Positions 60,589 through 64,000 of a stretch of 64,000 bases of DNA are shown here, in pieces. Under the pieces are notes generated by a model, which searched no databases, was not told the DNA's origin, and saw only the letters and a program-made list of their open reading frames with translations. Numbering within the stretch: position 1 is the first letter of the stretch; each line of letters begins with the position of its first letter. The stretch comes from an uncultured Bacilli bacterium (lineage in GTDB: Bacteria; Bacillota_I; Bacilli_A; RF39; UBA660): positions 34,304 to 98,303 of the forward strand of contig CAJTWC010000003.1 in NCBI GenBank assembly GCA_910580185.1, written 5' to 3'. Both the position numbers and the translations under genes were made by a program.

Positions 60589-60752
60589 AAACATCACCAC
60601 CTTTCTATTCTTCATAAAAAGACGGAAAGCTAAACTAACCCACTATTAGGTGTTCTCATATTTATTATTAGATAAAACTTTTAAATATCCCCTAAAATTA
60701 AATAAAAAAATTAAAAAATACAAGAATTATTTAATATCTTGTACTTTTTTTA

Positions 60753-61583
60753 TTATCTATAATATTTATAACGTTCATTAAGAGGAACCATTTTTTTGAT
60801 TGATTCTATCTCATCTTTTAATATTAACTCGCTTTCTGGAACTAAAAACTCATTTAATCTATATTCTTTATACATTTTTTCATCATCACTATAAATCATT
60901 TTTGGTATTCTTACCACATTAAAATCATTCAAGAAATAATTATAAAAAGTTTCATATATTTTAAATTCAGATGTAGTTATAGTTTTAGGCAAACGTTCAA
61001 CCCTATGATAGCCTAAATATTGAACGTATATATCATTTAAATAATATAGCATTTGACGATATTTATAATCATCATAATATATATCTAAAGTGCGCTCATT
61101 ACTTTGATTTTTTAAATATAAGATATTATAGCTTTCTTTATCTAATAAATTTACATCTTTACCAAAACCTTTAGTAAAATATTTATTTTTATAGCAATTA
61201 TTAAAAAATGTCAATAAATTCTTTTTTAATAAGGTAATAGGGTATTCACCAAAACGACTTTCAAACCTAATTTCAGAATTAACTCTACTTATACATTCAA
61301 GAATATAATCTCTACTTGCATCAGTAATATATTCTTCATCACGCTTATTTCTTAGTATTAGTTGTTCTTTATCCATATTTATATCTATTTCATTGACATA
61401 GAAAATGTCTAAAAATAATTCGGTAACAGGATTAATATCATGCCCTCCAATTCCAAATGGACAAGAGTAATCAATAGGCCTTCCACTTGGATCTAAAAAA
61501 CCAATAAACTTTGCTGCAAAATTAAAATTATCTGGTGTAATTTCAGTATCGTTGATAACATTCTTATTAAATGATAATGTCAT
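60753..61583 (-). CDS. hypothetical protein
   Basis: ORF of 276 aa. Confidence 0.4.
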   Translation of the reverse strand: MTLSFNKNVINDTEITPDNFNFAAKFIGFLDPSGRPIDYSCPFGIGGHDINPVTELFLDIFYVNEIDINMDKEQLILRNKRDEEYITDASRDYILECISRVNSEIRFESRFGEYPITLLKKNLLTFFNNCYKNKYFTKGFGKDVNLLDKESYNILYLKNQSNERTLDIYYDDYKYRQMLYYLNDIYVQYLGYHRVERLPKTITTSEFKIYETFYNYFLNDFNVVRIPKMIYSDDEKMYKEYRLNEFLVPESELILKDEIESIKKMVPLNERYKYYR

Positions 61584-61605
61584 TTAAATCGCATCCTTCT
61601 CTTTT

Positions 61606-62178
61606 TTATACTCCCATTTTAGCTTTAATAAGTTTGGTTTTTCTTTTTCTACCCAATTCACCTACTGATATTTCGTAGTCTTTGTCGCCAAAAATATGTT
61701 CTTGCAATATTGTTTCCTCATAACCATTAGTAAGAGGAACAATAATCTCTTTAGTTTGTTTTAACTTTGGTATTTTTAAAGCACCATCACTATATACTAT
61801 TTTATGCTTAATATCATTTAGTTTAGATTCTTTTAACAATTCACCAGTAGTTCTAACTTCTAGATTATATAATCTATTTGCAAGTTCTTGCAACTCAGTA
61901 ACAGCCTCTTCTTCCCTTATTTTACTAAAGTTCTTTAAAACTTTATTAGTTATTAATGCACTGCCACCACAAATTCCAGCACACCCCAAAATCGTTAGTA
62001 TTATGCCAATTTTTTTATCTAATATAAAACCGGCTACGTAAGCTGCTAATAAGTTAAAATTAACAAACTTAAACACAGGTTCATTTAACATTGCTTTAAC
62101 TTCTGATTTATATAATTTCGCTCCGTTTTTAGACTGGCGTATTTTATCTAATAAGTCATAATTTATCTTTAGTTTCAT
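61606..62178 (-). CDS. hypothetical membrane-associated protein
   Basis: AAGGAG RBS; central hydrophobic segment with GxxxG repeats. Confidence 0.4.
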   Translation of the reverse strand: MKLKINYDLLDKIRQSKNGAKLYKSEVKAMLNEPVFKFVNFNLLAAYVAGFILDKKIGIILTILGCAGICGGSALITNKVLKNFSKIREEEAVTELQELANRLYNLEVRTTGELLKESKLNDIKHKIVYSDGALKIPKLKQTKEIIVPLTNGYEETILQEHIFGDKDYEISVGELGRKRKTKLIKAKMGV

Positions 62179-62218
62179 ATGTTTCAGCTCCTTTAAATGC
62201 GTCTATTATAACATATAA

Positions 62219-62869
62219 TTAGGATTTCAAAAAATTATTTACACTTTCTTTTATTAGTTCTAAATCCTTACCAGTTGCTTGGCACGTGTTCCAACCTCTT
62301 TTTTTAGCTACTTCAATATTTTCTTTTGTATCATCTATTAATAATATATCGTCAGGTTTAAAACCAGAAAGTTTTTCTACTTTTTCATAAATTTTTTCAT
62401 CTGGTTTTATTAAACCCATCTCAAATGATAAAAAAACATAATCAAAATCAGATAACGCCATTTGCTTATCAATTCTTTCTTTATCGATTAGCATTAAATT
62501 GGACAATATGGCAATTTTGCATTTACTTTTAACACTCTTAATAAAATTTACTACATCCTGATATGAATAAATTAAATCATGAGTCCTTCTATAATCTTCT
62601 AAGAATTTACCATAAGATACATTTATTTTAAAATTATCATTTATCCTATCAATCCATTCATATATATCATTAATTGTTCCTAATTCACCTATATCTTTAC
62701 CATTTCTATTAATGGAACATTTATTAAATATTGTTAATATTTCTTCATCACTATACTTATTAGTATATAATTTTATAAAATCTATGCTTGCTTGAAAAAC
62801 TGAGTAAACACCATGGTGACTTTCTACTACTCCGCCCCAATCAGAAATAATTATTTTTCCCTTCTTCAT
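62219..62869 (-). CDS. HAD-superfamily hydrolase (subfamily IA-like)
   Basis: HAD motifs: IIISDWGGV (motif I-like), ILSN (motif II), LLIDDTKENI (motif IV); GGAGG RBS upstream of the ATG at 62869. Confidence 0.7.
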   Translation of the reverse strand: MKKGKIIISDWGGVVESHHGVYSVFQASIDFIKLYTNKYSDEEILTIFNKCSINRNGKDIGELGTINDIYEWIDRINDNFKINVSYGKFLEDYRRTHDLIYSYQDVVNFIKSVKSKCKIAILSNLMLIDKERIDKQMALSDFDYVFLSFEMGLIKPDEKIYEKVEKLSGFKPDDILLIDDTKENIEVAKKRGWNTCQATGKDLELIKESVNNFLKS

Positions 62870-62904
62870 TATATCCTCCAAAAAAAAGAGTATCAAAGAT
62901 ACCC

Positions 62905-63303
62905 TTATGCTATTTTTTCATGATATACCTTATCAAGTACACCATTAATCATATTTTTAACTTTATCATCAGAATATTTTTTGGCAAGCTCAACAGCTTC
63001 GTTTATCGCTACCACATCTGGTGTATCAGTATATAATAGTTCATATATTCCAAGCGATAATATTGCTTGATCAGTTAAACCTAAACGATCCATTTTCCAA
63101 TCTTTTAAATTATCATTTGCAATACTAAATAACTCTTCTTTTTTTTCTAATACACCCTTTGACATTTCTTTAACAAATTCATTATCTATTTCAAGGTTTT
63201 CTTTTATAATTTCATCTGTATCATACTTAATACCATTTTTTTGATACATAAATATTTGATACAAAATAGTCATTATAACTACTCTTGATTCATTACGATT
63301 CAT
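62905..63303 (-). CDS. nusB: transcription antitermination factor NusB
   Basis: Typical NusB sequence (ILSLGIYELLYTDTPDVVAINEAVELAK); 132 aa. Confidence 0.9.
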   Translation of the reverse strand: MNRNESRVVIMTILYQIFMYQKNGIKYDTDEIIKENLEIDNEFVKEMSKGVLEKKEELFSIANDNLKDWKMDRLGLTDQAILSLGIYELLYTDTPDVVAINEAVELAKKYSDDKVKNMINGVLDKVYHEKIA

Positions 63304-63319
63304 TTATATCACCCTATTT

Positions 63320-63955
63320 CTATAAACTACTATCAAATTTCTTCATACACTTTTGTCTTAATTCATCAGTGGTTACTAAGGCACAAAAGGCAAAGTAATT
63401 TTGATCCATTTTTGTAAACATATCATTTACTATTATTTGATACTTATCAAGCAATTCTTTTTCTTTCTCACTAGGTTGATTCATTACCTTTCTTTGAATG
63501 TACATAATAGTTAGATTATCAAGTACTTGTAATAATAAATTAGTATTACTATCGTTTGGAAGTACTCTTTTTATTACCGTATCATAACCTTCAAAATACA
63601 TATCGTGAATTACTCTATTTTCGTTTATTCCTTTACAAATAAAGAATTGTTTTAATAAAGATATAACTAAATTATAGTTCATATACCCAGCACGAATTTG
63701 TATTTGTACATTATTAAATAACATTTCATTATCAGTCTTAGGCATAACTATTCTAGAAGCATTAACATCCATATTATATATTTTTTCAGCAGTCATATTA
63801 GTTAATGCGTTAGAAAGTCCCATATGATTATCATTCGTACCAAAAATAGTTTCACTAACAGCCTTATAAAAATTTATTTGATAAAAGGCATCATTAGTAT
63901 CTTTTAAAGCACCATTTATGTATAAAACACCATTACTAATTACATAGTAATCCAT
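63320..63955 (-). CDS. hypothetical protein upstream of nusB
   Basis: ORF of 211 aa. Confidence 0.4.
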   Translation of the reverse strand: MDYYVISNGVLYINGALKDTNDAFYQINFYKAVSETIFGTNDNHMGLSNALTNMTAEKIYNMDVNASRIVMPKTDNEMLFNNVQIQIRAGYMNYNLVISLLKQFFICKGINENRVIHDMYFEGYDTVIKRVLPNDSNTNLLLQVLDNLTIMYIQRKVMNQPSEKEKELLDKYQIIVNDMFTKMDQNYFAFCALVTTDELRQKCMKKFDSSL

Positions 63956-64000
63956 TTTATTAACATTGTTATAATTTAGTACGATAAACTTTACTTTACT

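Larger units (their letters stand above)
60416..60659. repeat. ~244-bp element bounded by ~35-bp imperfect inverted repeats (60416-60449 and 60624-60659)
   Basis: GTGAGAGCACCTAACTTAAGGTTAGTAGCTTTCC versus the reverse complement of GGAAAGCTAAACTAACCCACTATTAGGTGTTCTCAT, about 80% identical. Confidence 0.45.

Overview
This is an AT-rich (roughly 28-30% GC) chromosomal segment that uses the standard genetic code, with TGA acting as a stop codon. Its gene content and order look like a low-GC Firmicutes genome (Bacilli/Erysipelotrichia/Clostridia-like). The backbone is conserved housekeeping synteny: ruvA-ruvB-(inserted ORF)-queA-tgt, lysS, a SpoVB/MurJ-type flippase, fused secDF, relA, dtd, then a glutamine amidotransferase-hisS-(inserted ORF)-archaeal-type aspS operon preceded by a T-box-like leader. 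On the minus strand further on lie rarA, xseA/xseB, a SpoIVB-like S55 peptidase, nusB and a HAD hydrolase. Accessory or uncharacterised blocks sit between these: (i) a heterodimeric ABC exporter pair plus an M14-like peptidase; (ii) LemA plus DUF2207; (iii) an ~8.3 kb island between rarA and zupT containing a XerD-like tyrosine recombinase, three tandem paralogous proteins with HAD-like but degenerate motifs, and two tandem copies of a module made of a membrane-anchored XRE HTH regulator plus a small polytopic membrane protein; (iv) an AraC/GyrI regulator, ABC exporter, nitroreductase and GNAT module. Two intergenic loci (about 23.76-24.05 kb and 60.38-60.70 kb) each encode a tiny hydrophobic peptide (29 and 26 aa, sharing an IIILL core) with a strong Shine-Dalgarno sequence, a bidirectional terminator immediately after the stop codon, and a convergent small RNA driven by a near-consensus promoter. 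This is the architecture of type I toxin-antitoxin systems, and I consider it the most interesting candidate for an undescribed system, together with the recombinase-associated paralog island. A ~180-nt stand-alone structured RNA with a strong promoter and terminator (32.23-32.41 kb) could not be identified. No tRNA, rRNA or CRISPR array was seen. All calls come from reading the sequence and ORF translations by eye; no database searches were possible.
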